Source: Octopus vulgaris (Eukaryota). Taken from it: a stretch of 64,000 bases of DNA. Position 1 is the stretch's first letter. Every line of letters starts with the position of its first letter. The stretch covers positions 155,248,001-155,312,000 of the forward strand of contig OX597816.1 of the NCBI GenBank assembly GCA_951406725.2, given 5' to 3'. The notes below the pieces were generated by a model, which saw only the letters and a list, made by a program, of their open reading frames with translations, did no database searches and was not told the origin of the DNA. Both the position numbers and the translations under genes were made by a program. Positions 16,443 through 30,308 of this stretch are shown one piece after another.

Positions 16443-16815
16443 GCACTCCGTCGGTTGTGGCTAAGAGGGTTCCAGTTGATCCGATCAACGGAACAGCCAG
16501 CTCATAAAATTAACATACAAGTGGCTGATCACTCCACAGACACGTGTACCCTTCATGTAGTTCTCAAGAAGAATCAGCGTGACACAGAGTGTGACAAGGC
16601 TGGTCAACAGGTACAACAGATACAGAAAGAAAGAGCGAGAGAAGTTGCAGTGAAAGAGTACAGTAGGGTTCGCCATCACCCCCTGCCGGAGCCGAGTGGA
16701 ACTTTTTAGGTGTTTTCGCTCAATAAACGCACACAACGCCCGGTCTGGGAATCGAGACCGCGTTTCTACGACCGCGAATCCGCTGCTCTAGTCACTGAGC
16801 CATTGCGACTCCACA
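16440..16815 (-). mobile_element. tRNA-derived SINE, family C; other copies at ~47185-47508 (+), 48885-49035 (+) and 18225-18400 (-)
   Basis: Minus-strand head tggctcagtg...ctcgattccc, with body shared with 47185-47508. Confidence 0.75.
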
Positions 16816-16867
16816 ACCACACACACACACACACACATACACACACACACATGTATGTGTGTATGTA

Positions 16868-16909
<42 letters not shown>

Positions 16910-17296
16910 GTGTGTGTGTGTGTGTGTGTCTGTATTACTGTGTTTGTCGCGCCACCATCACTTGATAACCGAAGTTGTTGTATCTACGTTCCCGTAATCT
17001 AGCGGTTCTGCAAAACAGACCAATAGAATAAGTACTAGGCTTACAAAGAGTAAGTCCCGGGGTCGCTTTGTTCGACTAAAGATAGTGCTCCAGCATGGCC
17101 GCAGTCAAATGACTGAAGCAAGTAACAGAAATATATTTGAATCTGTTTGTCTGTCTGCCTGTCTGCATGCCTGTCTATATATAGTAAATACATGACGCTC
17201 GTATATAACATGTGTGTATATATATTATATATACATATATATTCATGGAAGTGTACAGTATTATTTACCAGGTTGCTACTATATATGTTTGTGTGT

Positions 17297-17337
<41 letters not shown>

Positions 17338-19389
17338 GTCTGTTGCTTTTTTATGTATACAATTTATTTATAATTATCAACATGTAAAGGGTAAAGACCC
17401 CCTTCGGTCATGAATGACCATGGGATTGCACCTAGAAAATTACCCTCCTAGACACAAGTCCGGGCACGGTTGTTTATGGAAGACCAGCAGTCGCCCATGC
17501 ATACCAGCCTCCCCTCTCCACGCCACCAGTGTTATCCAAGGGAAAGACAAAGGTCGATACAGCTTGGCACCAGTGACGTCGCAACTCATTTCTACAGCTG
17601 AGTGAACTGGAGCAACGTGAATAAATAATATAAATAATTACATGCTAAATCAATATAACTATCTTGGTATGAACAAATCCTTAAAAATTTAAATAAAAAT
17701 CAAAATTATTGCAAATGGGAGCGATAGGAGCGATGGTTTTCCTTGCAAATGCTATACAGTCACAAACTGTCTGTCGATAGTCAACTGGAAAAGATGTTTT
17801 CCTGGGACTAAAACAACAGTAACATCGTCGTTTATTGGACTGCCACATTCTGTTGGCATATATACTTTACTATTATAAAAAATTATAGTGCACAAAAATC
17901 TATTTAATACATATATCTATGCTGAAAATAATATAATTATAGCTAAATATTATATTATCTGCATTGATCTTTGTGCAGTTTGTAATTTATTTTGGTTGGG
18001 TTCAGAGCTAGTGTGAGCCTTACTTTCTTGCTTCTTTCTGTTAGCCAAATGTGGTGCATGTGACTGCACCAAGATTGTTAGTGCATGATTTTGTTAGTTT
18101 TACTATATATTCTATATGTGTTGTGAACGATGTGAAGGAGTTTTTCGTAACTCCTAGTATTTTTGTCTTCTCTGTATTGTTTGTTCCTCATAAGGGCCGG
18201 TTCCCGGTTTCCTTGGCATATAGGTTCCCCACATGGACGGGACGCCGGTCCGTCGCAGGTGATCTACAAGATGCAGGAGGAAAGAGTGAGAGAAAGTTGT
18301 GGCGAAAGAGTCAGCCGGAGCCGCGTGGAGCTTAGGTGTTTCGCTCATAAACACACACATCGCCCGGTCTGCTCTAACCACTAGGCCATGTGCCTCCACC
18401 TTCTCTGTATATGTTTATGTGTGTATGTATATATGAGTGTGTTTGATATATTTCTATTGTGTGATATTTGTTATTCTCTAATGTTACATGTAAAGAAGGA
18501 AAAACGGTAGATTTGGAAGTTTGTAGATGATTTAAGGCGGATTAAAGTAGTTTTGCAGCTGCGTATGTGACTGACTTGGAGTTGAAACTCTCTCTACATA
18601 TTATGGAAGTGTGGCAAGGTGGTGGAGATGTAAATTGGGAAAATTACCTTTAGAATACTCTTGAATACTCTTGAAGTTTCGTTATAAAGAAGATAGGCTT
18701 GGTAACTTGGCTGTTTTGTAATATGGTGAAGGCAGAGCCAGGTCTCCTTTAGTAGATGTGGACAGCAGGAAACAAAGTGGGAAACGTTGTTAATGGTGGT
18801 ATTAATTGAAGTTGTATGAGTGGGAGATTGTCCTTGTTGAATCTGTCATGTGTTAGTTACTTTATGGTTCGTAACGGAAATTGAACTATTATGACAATAG
18901 CGAAGACAGTGACAACGGTGGTTATGATGATGATGAGGATGATGTTGATGATGATATTGGTGGTGGTGCAGGTGGTGATAGTGATGATGGTGATAATGAT
19001 AATGATGATGGTGGTGATGGTGATGATGATGCTACTGCTGTTGTTGCCGCTGATGATGTTGTTGATGGTAACAACAACGACGACGACGACAATGATGCAT
19101 GGTGAAAATAAAGTTCATGCTTTGATTCCAAAACAGAAGTCTAATGTGTGTTAATGGTAAACCCCAAAGTCTTGGTATTCTGCTTTGTAAATCAAACTTT
19201 ATTTACAAACAGAAACTTCAAGAGTCTATTACGCCAGATTCATTGGGGGAAACAGTCTATAATACACTGACTATTTTATGAGTAACAATTAGTCTTCGGA
19301 GTATTTCATTAATAACTTTTTCATCTCTTATCGCCCATTCCCTTGATTAGATGTATGTGTATCTTTCTGTGTTGGCCTCTCTCTCTCTG

Positions 19390-19426
<37 letters not shown>

Positions 19427-19427
19427 G

Positions 19428-19478
<51 letters not shown>

Positions 19479-19859
19479 AGAGTAATGAATATAAAAATAC
19501 ATTACGCAGGATATATCGTAAACAATTCAAATTTATTTACGAATATATCAGTGGCCAGAACAAGCAATCAAAAAATCTTTTGTAAAAGAAGGGCGTATAA
19601 TTGTGAATAAATCACAGTTATAACGGAGAGAATTATAAAAACCCTTACATGTCTAGAAATAGCAGTCAAAACCGCTATAAAGCCACTACAACCACTCATA
19701 TTATATCTCCTCAACTATAAAAGATATCGGCGAGTGACGACATAAAAATTCAAAATTTAAATAACAATAAATTGTTAGTCCTTTATTGCGATTTCGAAGT
19801 TAGGAACCAAAAGTGGATCCATTCTTCTCATCAGGAGAACATTCCTCTGCATAGAAATT

Positions 19860-21180
19860 AACATAAAAACATACCTTGGGGCTTAACATGTGTCCCGATT
19901 GGCAAGAATAATGTCAACGTCTAACTACACAATTCAAATTCTGAATACAAGTGTCATGCACGTATCGCTGTAAACAGTATGAAAAATGTGAACGCTTCTT
20001 CCAACAACATAGAGAATTTAAAATAAACAGGAGAAAATTTTATAGAGTGTTAAGCAAAAAACGATATGAATAGATGACATGCAAACATCAGCGATTCAGT
20101 CATGCTGGGAAAGAATACGGAGCAAACAAAAAATCACATCCAAAATGCTCAGTGGATAAATAGGGGAAAATAAAAGAATAACAAAATAGCAACACAGATA
20201 TGACCCACCATCACAGGGCAAGAGATCACGGGCATACTGAGGGGTACTTGCAACTGGGAAACTCCAAGGATAGAAAAGGTCCCCACCTTCTGAGACAACT
20301 CATCAATACTCATACCCACATGTCGGAAGCATTTAATTTATTAATATGCAAGCCAGAATCAACGCCAAACTGGATGCTGGAAGGATAAACTACCCTAATT
20401 CCCAAAAACAAAGACGCCGTACAACCACAAAATTCTAGGCCAATAACAAGCTCTGAACTAAAAGCTGAAACAGAAGGAGTGATTCTCACTGCACAAGACC
20501 AATGTCTAACTGCCAACAAATATAAAAGGAAAATAATGAAAATAAGTCTTAACACCAAATGCGAAATGTGCAACCAGCACTATTATCTCTGGCTGTCCAG
20601 TCCTTGCCAAATCTGAATATATATACAGATATGACTGAGTAAGTAGTTATATTTAGCGGACAATATGCTATGAATACAACATTAAAAACTGACAATAAAT
20701 GATATAAACTTGTGCCAAACAAGGTACAAGACAACGACCAGGGCACAATCATCTGCGATATGCCTGCTCAAACCGACAAAGAAATAAAATTAATCAGCCA
20801 GTCAAGGATTAAAAAAAAATCTCTACTTACTGATAGACATTGCAGTCCCTTCTGACCGAAATATTGTCCAAACAGAAGTGGAGAAATAGTCAAAATACAA
20901 AGACCTCGAAATTGAAGTAATTAGGATGTGGGGCAAGTAGATGAAAACAATATCAGTAATAATTAGAGCACTGGGCATGATAAAAAAAAGCATATCAATA
21001 AAACATAGAAGCTATACCTGGATCCTCAATATTACACACTATCCAAAAAATAGCCCCATTAGGAACAGCCCACATCCGATGCAGGATACTATCGATTCAA
21101 TAATACAACCTGAGCAAAACTACCCACAAACATAAGACAAATCTATATAGCAAATATCCAATGAAATGAACCATCACTAC
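19860..21180 (+). mobile_element. Degenerate Dong/R4-like LINE fragments
   Basis: G.T.LIPK, ELKAETEGVILTAQDQCL, KCEMC, KYKDLEIEVIRMW and VIIRALGMIKK, similar to the copy at 32605-35050. Confidence 0.7.
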
Positions 21181-21971
21181 CAGGCCGGAGGGCTCGGAGT
21201 TACTTCATAATTTTGGCAGATGAAGTTCATCAAAAATTTGCAGTAATGGAAGCAATGCTCCATCTTTGGGTGTTTATTTTACCTCTGCGTTTTCAGATGA
21301 ATTCTGCTTGGTTATCCTTATGATCGATCTACGTGCCTAAATTTGAAATTTTAACTGCTTTTCTCTGTACAAAAGCCATATTGAATATTTAGCGATATTT
21401 AATTACATAAAATTAGAGGCATTTAGATCATTTAACTAATGCTCTCCCAAGTGAGCTATTTCGATGCTTACCTTCACCTAAATTAAAATCGTGCCGATAC
21501 CTTTCATTTATTTAAGATCGATAAAATAATTCTCAGTAACATCGATCGTTAAATCATTTCGCCATTTGAAATATTTTAATAATAGTTGCAGTTGTTGTTA
21601 TTGGTGCTGTTGTTACTGTCCTTGTTGCTGTTTAAGCATTAATCTTCTAATCGAGTTGAGCCTACCGCGTGTTATTCAATCACAATATATTCATGACTAC
21701 ACTATGTCCTTCCTTTTTACTATGGAACAGAGTAATTTTAGTGAGCTTTCTTCTTTACCCTTAGCATGTCTCGCGACAGCTGATCTTGTTTGCTCTCAGC
21801 GACCTCATTATGATACCTACGTCGAACTGGAGTGGAGATACGAGTTAACGATATAATGTTCATCATTAAAGCCATTACATTTCTGAGTATTGCCCAAAAG
21901 ACAAACAAAAACTGAATCAATAACATCTCAGTAAATGTCACTCTCAGATAAATTTTAAAATTTCTCTTCAG

Positions 21972-22148
21972 GTGCTGGTGGTGGTTGGAGTGGTGAGACA
22001 TACTCGCCACTTGCAGGAATGTCTTTATTAAATGGCAGCATTGGAGGAACAGGATGCCCCGGACCAAACGGACGTCACCATGCCGCCGGTGGATTTGGAG
22101 GAGGAGGCGGAGCTTGTCGTGGAGGAGGTGGTGGTGGAGGCTACAAAG
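21972..22148 (+). CDS. ALK: ALK/LTK-family exon (Gly-rich region)
   Basis: ttcag|...G|gtacg, phase 1/1. GAGGGWSGETYSPLAGMSLLNGSIGGTGCPGPNGRHHAAGGFGGGGGACRGGGGGGGYK parallels ALK GGGGW..GKSL.EG..GG.SC...GGFGGGGG.C..GGGGGGY. Confidence 0.93.
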
Positions 22149-23628
22149 GTACGTTCCTGTTTGTTGTCAACTTAAGCGTGACTAACTGAATGTTTGTATT
22201 GCTTTTTTATGTAACTGTTTTAGAGGAAAAGATGTTTCGGTAAATCGAAACCAAAACGCAGTTTCATTCCCATCTGAAAAACAAATTCATTTCAATCCTG
22301 TTCCTAATAACTTTAGGACGTTGGATAGTAGGCTTAATCTGTCTCTTAGTTTAACTCTCCCACTTAGATCTGACTGTCTCTATTGTAATAGACTCTGTTG
22401 CAAGCAATCCTAACAGGTGTCCATTTTAAGGACAACTCTTGATTTCATCCCCCAAATCTTGGAAAGCCAGGTAAATGTTATGGATACTATTCTTCCTCCT
22501 ATGATAAAATCATTAAAACAAATTGGGAACGTACGAATGCCTTAAAATATTTCATTTTACTTTCGGCCAGACTATAAGGCCTTGTGTGTATAGGTATTAG
22601 GAACAAATATTCGTAATATTTAGGTACAAACCACTGAGTTCATATAAGCTATAGGTTTCATCTCTAAGTTTGTGAATGTAATTTAATTAATTACATATAT
22701 GTATGTAGCCATTTTAATCAACTGTACATTTCCCCTATTAATTTGTCTCTCTGTACCACTGTGATTACTCAATATTTAGGTCGTCTGACATTTTTCGGTG
22801 TTATTTCTCTGTTCAAACTCCAGCGCAGAGTGGTTATCTTCTTCATTGCTGTAGTCTCGGTCGCAATCGCATTTCAGTTATTTTATTTGTATTGGTCGAT
22901 ATAAAAATGGTGAAGTAAAATTTCTGTTGCTTGAAATTGCATATAACCTAAAATAAAATGGTTCTCTCTCATAACCAAAGAAACAATCTACTAGACAATT
23001 TTCCTCCTCCTCTACTCGAACATCCAAAGAGTTCGTTTCATTCATAAACCTTTTCAATAATTTCTACAAAAACTCAAACCATGTACGCAGGTTATTCAAA
23101 TCATTCGCACAGATATTTCCCTTCTCCCATGAAATATACTCATAACTCCCAAATCCCCGTTTCCTTTACTGATATTTATGTTGGAGCTATGAAGACAAAA
23201 CTTCTGCATAGAACACCAGAAGGAAGTAACTAAATCGAAAGTGGCTATATATATTGAATATCTGGTAACTAACTGATATAAGTAGTTGTCCAACTACTTG
23301 CAAATTCACTTGCCTCAAACATCACAGTCTCACATTTAAGCTGTTTACCAATAACATCCCTTCTAGCTTTATAGAATCCGTCCACCGGTCATTTGGCATG
23401 ACAGTTTGTTAGTAGCGCTCCTAATTAGTCAATTATAACGATTTATTTTTGATTTGTCACCACATACACTCGCTAGGCTCTCAATTCCTAAGTTATTTTG
23501 ATGCCACTTGCGTATATTTCCCCAGTAAGTCCAGCCCAATAAAATAACATATGATAATATCAATTCCTGAAATGCCAAACTTTATACACTGTAGTTAACT
23601 GATTTTCTTTCTGGAGAAAAATCAACGT

Positions 23629-23677
<49 letters not shown>

Positions 23678-24315
23678 TATGTTGATTCGCTAGCTTCTGC
23701 ACGCATTTTTTTTTCTCGCCTTGTTTCTCTCCGTCTTTCTTTTCTGTGTATCGTTCTGTTGAAGAGCGTAGGCTCGTAACGTAAAAGACTTGTTTTATTT
23801 ATATTCCTGAGCGCCATGCTAATACAATTGTTTGTTTGTATTCCACCTGCCTTCGTCTTTTGTTTATTTTCATAAAGCTTTCCGTTATATATATATATAT
23901 ATTCTATTACTAACCTATCATTCTAAATTACAACGTCTCAGAAAGGAAGCAGTCAAGACTACCTCTATTATACCATTCAATCTATCGCTTCTGTTAGAGA
24001 ACAGCATTACAGTTAAAATCAAATTTCACACACTAGTAGTCAATCGTCATTTTGAAATTCAATGCAAGTAAAATTAGCGTCCTTCCAATTGGAAAAGCCA
24101 TATCTGTGCCTGGAACGAGACCCTGCTCTGTTAAGTTGTCCACCTATAGCTTTCCTGCATCCTCCATCTCTGGGATCGGAATTTCCTGTCAAAGTTTTCT
24201 GTGCCTTCGCTAGCTAACTTCGAGTTACATTTTATCAATTCTAAGGGATCTCAGATTTTGGTTGTTTCTCCCTTTTTTCGCTATATTGAAGTCATGCTGT
24301 TGTGTCTAAACACAT

Positions 24316-24357
<42 letters not shown>

Positions 24358-24438
24358 ACACGCACAAGCACACGCACGTACACATACACACAAGCACGGG
24401 CGTACACTCACTCACACACACGCGCGCGCTCACACACA

Positions 24439-24491
<53 letters not shown>

Positions 24492-26737
24492 AGAGAGTAG
24501 TATCCTTTGCTTCTCTTCAACATTTTGCACTCAGCTGTTATATGATGTTTAAATATCCATCGTCATATTTTCACAGCTTCGATGAGAAGAAATTGGAAAT
24601 TCTTCTCTAACAGAAACATGGCGTCTTAGACTCCATCAAGCGAAGAGAGGGGGGAGGAAAGTACGCGTGACGCACAGACACACACACATAAATACACACG
24701 CGCGCGCATATACACATATATACGACGGGTTTCTTTTCAATTTCCGTCTACCAAATCTACTCATAAATCTTTGGTCGGCTCGAGGCTATAGAAGACACTT
24801 GGTCAAAGTGCCTCACAGTGGGACTGAACCCGGAACCATGTGGTTGGGAAGCAATCTTCTTACCACACAGCCACGCCTGTGCCTATACGTCTATATATAT
24901 CACAGAATTTTAACACCAGAGGATGGAATGGAATGAACAGACTTTATTACAAATCATTTGAATTGTTTCAGCACATAATTGATGAATGTTACATACAGAT
25001 TATAGCCTTAATATACAATTAATAGTAATTGTTGATCAATTGGAATAAAGGCCACGAAGGTAATACTGTGTAGCTAAAATCAAGTCTGTAAACTGACAGA
25101 AGTTTGTACTAAGGAAATTACCATATTTCACTGATTTCCTTTGAAATGGAAAGGTAACAGACAAAAGAGATAAGTAATCGTTAAAGTTTATCTTTTTATG
25201 AAATAACTATTTTTGACTCTTAGTTTATTTTCCAAACAGTCGAGACAAGGATATGGTTAAGGATGGAATGAATATGGGGTTTCTATATTTTTTATTTTTT
25301 AATTTCCGTTAATTTATTTTTGGTATCTTTTCTCATTGTATTTCGTGTTTTTGTCAATGGAATACTAAAAATAGCATCATTGTGTTGGTATAAAATAAAG
25401 AGAAACTAAAGATTATCTTGCAGTTCTTTGGACCATATTCATCTGAAGACGCGTATGTACTCAACTATTGTTGAATCATATTAATCCAGTAATGTGTATA
25501 ACATGTAACATTCAGTAATTATCAGCTGATAATAATGTGATTAAATAATTGTAGTGATTTGTAAAAGAAGCCTGTTCTTTCCATCTTGTGTTAAAATTCT
25601 TTTGTATATACTCTACTGACACTTGCATATTTCCATATGTATATTCAGTAAAAACGAGTCCTACTGCATAATATCTGGTAGTTGATATCCGAAGAGGAAC
25701 ATTAGAGAGCACATTATAAGGTTATTATAAGGTTATCATATATATGTCGAGAGTTACTGAGAAAATTAATAGACCTAGATATTTAAATGTGCCATATAGT
25801 TTATTTCATATACACGATCGCAATTCGCTAGTGAATCTAGGTTATGGTTTATTGCCTCTTGTTTCTTCATTTGACCAACAATTATTTATTTGTTAGATTC
25901 CGCAAAAGACATTGCAAAATATATATTCCATAGAAACCTTTATATATTAACTGTTATTATTTCTTATGGTCTTAAACAGCAATACAGCTTCTGATATTCC
26001 TTTTGCTATATAATATAACCCTTGTACATGAAAGTAATAGACAAGAAATTATAATTTCGAAACTCCATTTATACCGCTGTAATTCGCTGGAAATCCGCTT
26101 AATATACCGTTACTTTATCGATTTCGGACAAACTCTATCTTCTTTACAAAGGAACAAATCAAAAGTCATATGCTATCATATGTTATCAAAAGAGAATCTT
26201 AGCATTTCATGTGAGCAGGTATTTAAAATAAAAACAACATTTTATTGAAGTGGTAGCTTTATATTGCTAAATCTCATCTTAGGTTCGGTTGTGATAAGCT
26301 AATTTCATTATTCTAAAGGAAAATATAATGACATCTAGGCACACTAATTCACTTTCTGAATGTTACGTTAAATTTCTTGTAGCCACAGACACGGTAGAGA
26401 TATGATTCTGCGCTAGCCGATGCATTAAATATTTATACCCCAAAACTGTCAATGTACCGTGTTCGTGCACAAGATTGTTCATTACAGCTCTGTGAACATG
26501 ACAATAAATAGATAGGGTGAGATAAGAACTGCTCACTACTGAAATCAGTAGGAGCATTATATTCTTGTTGAATGTTTCTTCAGTGCAGCATTGAATCAAT
26601 ATGGAATCTTTCCGGCGCATGGCTTTTCCAAGTGTTCCTGAAATAAGCAGAACGAATTGGATTTAATTCTCTCTTTCTCTCTCCGTCTCTCCCAAATCCC
26701 CAACCCCTCCCTCTCTCCCCCTTTCCCCTCTCTCCCC

Positions 26738-26798
<61 letters not shown>

Positions 26799-26823
26799 AG
26801 AAATTAGAATGACAAAACAATAA

Positions 26824-27869
26824 AAAATTATGTCATGAGCTTCATTAGCTTACAGTTGTTTCTGCTATAGGATGATACGCGCTCATATTTGACTGCTTCT
26901 GTACCACTCGGTAGCTTCAACGGTATTTCGAACATGAAGTGCAATTTTATTGAGATAAATAGAAATAATAGGTTATATAAATCTATTCATTATCAAATAA
27001 ATAAATTATATAAATTATATAAATAAATAAATAAATTTATGCATATAATGTATTATCTCTCTATTTTAATACCTATGCACATTTCTTATGAGAGAATCAC
27101 TGAAACAAATCAAGCGGATCGAACTGTCACAATAATACTGGTGACATATATAGTACACTTTTTGGCTCTCAGGTTATCTTTTGTTATTACTTCAAATGTC
27201 ACCTAAAAATGATTTTAAACTACAGTGATGATATTGCTCCTAAAACTATTATAATTTTTTACCGATTCATACATATTCACATTGATTAAACGAAAAAAAC
27301 TTTCAGCTTAAGTGTTAAACATTGGATATAATATCTAACTTAGTCGAACTTCAGGGTGTTCTACTACGAAAACGTTTAAATGCATAGTAGGAGCTATATA
27401 ATGGATCAACTTATGTGAAATTTGGACATGCAATTTTCTTTCATCTCAGCAAAATATTGAATCACATAGGGTGATGCTGGGATATTTGGGAAGACCTCAT
27501 TCATACCACAGAAAGAAAATGTGAAATATTTAACGCATGTTACTACGCTGTATACCTAGAGGTTTTTCATTTGGTTATTTTATATCAAATAGTTTGTGTG
27601 TTGTATTATATGTGTGTATATATTCTTTTATTCTTTTTACATGTATGTTTTTATATAATTTATATATGTTTTATATAATTTATATAATTTATTTATTTGA
27701 TAATGAATAGATTTATATAACCTATTATTTCTATTTATCTCAATAAAATTGCACTTCATGTTCGAAATACCGTTGAAGCTACCGAGTGGTACAGAAGCAG
27801 TCAAATATGAGCGCGTATCATCCTATATCAGAAACAACTGTAAGCTAATGAAGCTCATGACATAATTTT
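26824..27869. repeat. ~200-bp inverted repeat pair (26824-27022 / 27670-27869) around a ~650-bp spacer
   Basis: Near-perfect reverse-complement match, with microsatellites nearby on both sides. Confidence 0.85.
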
Positions 27870-27928
27870 ATGTTGGATTGTAGATGTATCGATGTATGTT
27901 TGTATCTCTTTATCTCTCTCTCCCAGTG

Positions 27929-27965
<37 letters not shown>

Positions 27966-28143
27966 ATGTGTATATATATATGTATATATATATATGTATA
28001 TATATGTGTATATATGCATACATATATATGTACATATATAAGTGTGTATATATATATATATGTATATATAAGGAGAGAGAAAAAGAGACATTCATATATA
28101 TATATAGATACATATTAATCCATATATATCTATATATATATAT

Positions 28144-28315
28144 AGGCGCAGGAGTGGCTGTGTGGTAAGTAGCTTGCTTACCAACCACATGGTTCCGGGT
28201 TCAGTCCCACTGCGTGGCATCTTGGGCAAGTGTCTTCTGCTATAGCCCCGGGCCGACCAATGCCTTGTGAGTGGATTTGGTAGACGGAAACTGAAAGAAG
28301 CCTGTCGTATATATG

Positions 28316-28375
<60 letters not shown>

Positions 28376-28572
28376 TGTGTCTGTGTTTGTCCCCCTAGCA
28401 TTGCTTGACAACCGATGCTGGTGTGTTTACGTCCCCGTCACTTAGCGGTTCGGCAAAAGAGACCGATAAAAAAAGGACTGGGCTTACAAAGAATAAGTCC
28501 CGGGGTCGATTTGCTCCACTAAAGGCGGTGCTCCAGCATGGCCGCAGTCAAGTGACTGAAACAAGTAAAAGA
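28144..28572 (+). mobile_element. tRNA-derived SINE, family A (full length, with internal microsatellite)
   Basis: A-box-like TGGCTGTGTGG, B-box-like GGTTCAGTCCC and a tail ending gactgaaacaagtaaaaga; multiple copies in the window. Confidence 0.85.
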
Positions 28573-28595
28573 ATATATAAGTATATATATATATA

Positions 28596-29886
28596 CTAGC
28601 AGCATAGCCCGGCGTTGCCCGGGTATGTAAGAGCCCCTAGTAGGCAACGACTAATCCCAATCTAGTCCTTTCCCTCTAGGGAACGAAGGTGCGTGTGTAG
28701 GTTGCAATGTCTTCTCTTCACTCCCAAATAACTATCAAACAGCTATCGATAATTCAACCCAACCAATTCCTACCAGGAAGAAATTACATTCGAGACTTTA
28801 CCCCCAACACCGCCACTTCTGCTAATAGCTGCTGCAACCGCAAGTTATTTGAATACTTTTTTTGTTTACACTTTCTTTATAACTACCACCCCAAACGTTT
28901 TACCGTAAATTTTTGATGTACCCTAAGGGTCCTCGGACGCTACTTGCAAACTCTTGGTTTATTATAAAACACTTTTGTCGTGTGCATCAAAAAACCTTTT
29001 CCTTCCGTTTGTTCAGTTTGATCACTTTTGACTTTTTCGTTGTTGTCACTCACATTGCTGCCCGCTTTTTGGCCGTTTTTGTACATTTTTATACAAAAAA
29101 AGTATTCGAATAACTTGCGGCTGCAGCAGCTATTAGCAGAAGTGGCGGTGTTGGGGGTAAAGTCTCGAATGTAATTTCTTCCTGGTAGGAATTGGTTGGA
29201 TCGAATTATCGATAGCTAAAAAGGTCAAGTTGCGTCCCCTAGACAGTCTGGTTTGTGTTTAATACACAAATTTGTTTGCTATGTGTGCCACATATGATTA
29301 AATTAACCGATTTTTTCCAATAATGTATCCTATTGGAATAAAAAGGGCTATATAGCTCCTTGGAGCAGACATGATGCTCGTTGTGAATAAAAAAAAAATT
29401 CCTGCCAATTTGTGAAAGATATTGTCGAAAATATTTCATCTTGAATTTGAACGCGATTTCTCAAAATGGCATGATTTTATCGATTGTTTCTGATGGTAAG
29501 GTATTGCATGGAAAACTAACGTCAGAATTGAGTTTCTTAGGGTAACATTAAGCTTCACCATGAGTTTGGTGAAAATCGATTGCAAGTTGTAAAAACTACC
29601 ATAGATAATGCGTTGCATAAAAAAAGCTTAGATTCTCGAGTTGCGTCCCCTAGACAGTCTGTGGTTCGTGTTTCTGATTCTCGACCCCATGTCGAATTTA
29701 TCAATGTTTTTCAGAACTGGGGGAACTTTTCAAAATTTTCGCTGCGATAGTTTTGAATTATGACATTGGGCTATGTGTGTGTCAAGTTTCATCAGAATCG
29801 GTTGAAAGCCGTGGTCAGAGTGAGGGTACGAGAAAACAGACACACAGAAACACGCACAGACAAACTGCCGTTTATATAGAGAGAGA
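28596..29886 (-). mobile_element. Non-autonomous Helitron with nested MITE-like insert
   Basis: On the minus strand: A|TC start, a CCCGG-GCAACG-CCGGG hairpin shortly before a terminal CTAG|T, and a 5' ~250 bp nearly identical to 43972-44220. Confidence 0.8.
28741..29217. mobile_element. MITE-like element with ~125-bp terminal inverted repeats
   Basis: 28741-28865 is a near-perfect reverse complement of 29093-29217. Confidence 0.75.
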
Positions 29887-30203
29887 TATTGACTTATTCA
29901 CATACGTGCCCACACACACAAATAATTCATTATTTGATATAAAATAATTAGGTAATGCACATATTCAATTCTGTATATAGACTGTTTTAAATATTATAGA
30001 ATAGAAATATGGATTCAATAAAACAGAAGTAATTTAATTTCACTTTTATAACAATATTTGGAGCAAACAAATTTAATAATAGAATATAGGTTATATACAA
30101 AATATCTGAACGCAGGAGAGAGTAACCTTGTTCTTGAAGGGCAATTATTGAATGTAGCATCATACAGATTTTGTCCATTAGAGAATGAAGTGGCAAAAAA
30201 TGT

Positions 30204-30308
30204 GTATTATAGAGTATTATAAAAGTATTATAGAGTATTATAGAGTATTATAATGTGTATTATAGAGTATTATAAAAGTATTATAGAGTATTATAGAGTA
30301 TTATAAAA
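30204..30308. repeat. 11-bp minisatellite (tattatagag/aaag variants)
   Basis: Visible short tandem repeats. Confidence 0.75.

Noticed and set aside
18881-19154. Asp/Gly-rich or Met-rich ORFs as a possible extra ALK exon
   Set aside because: Degenerate (GAT/GGT)n repeat; the flanking ALK exons join in frame without it.
27765-27850. Hammerhead in the 200-bp inverted arms
   Set aside because: The GAAA/stem III half is present but no CUGANGA-type core could be placed.
28144-28215. tRNA gene
   Set aside because: It is the tRNA-derived head of a multi-copy SINE and has no complete cloverleaf.
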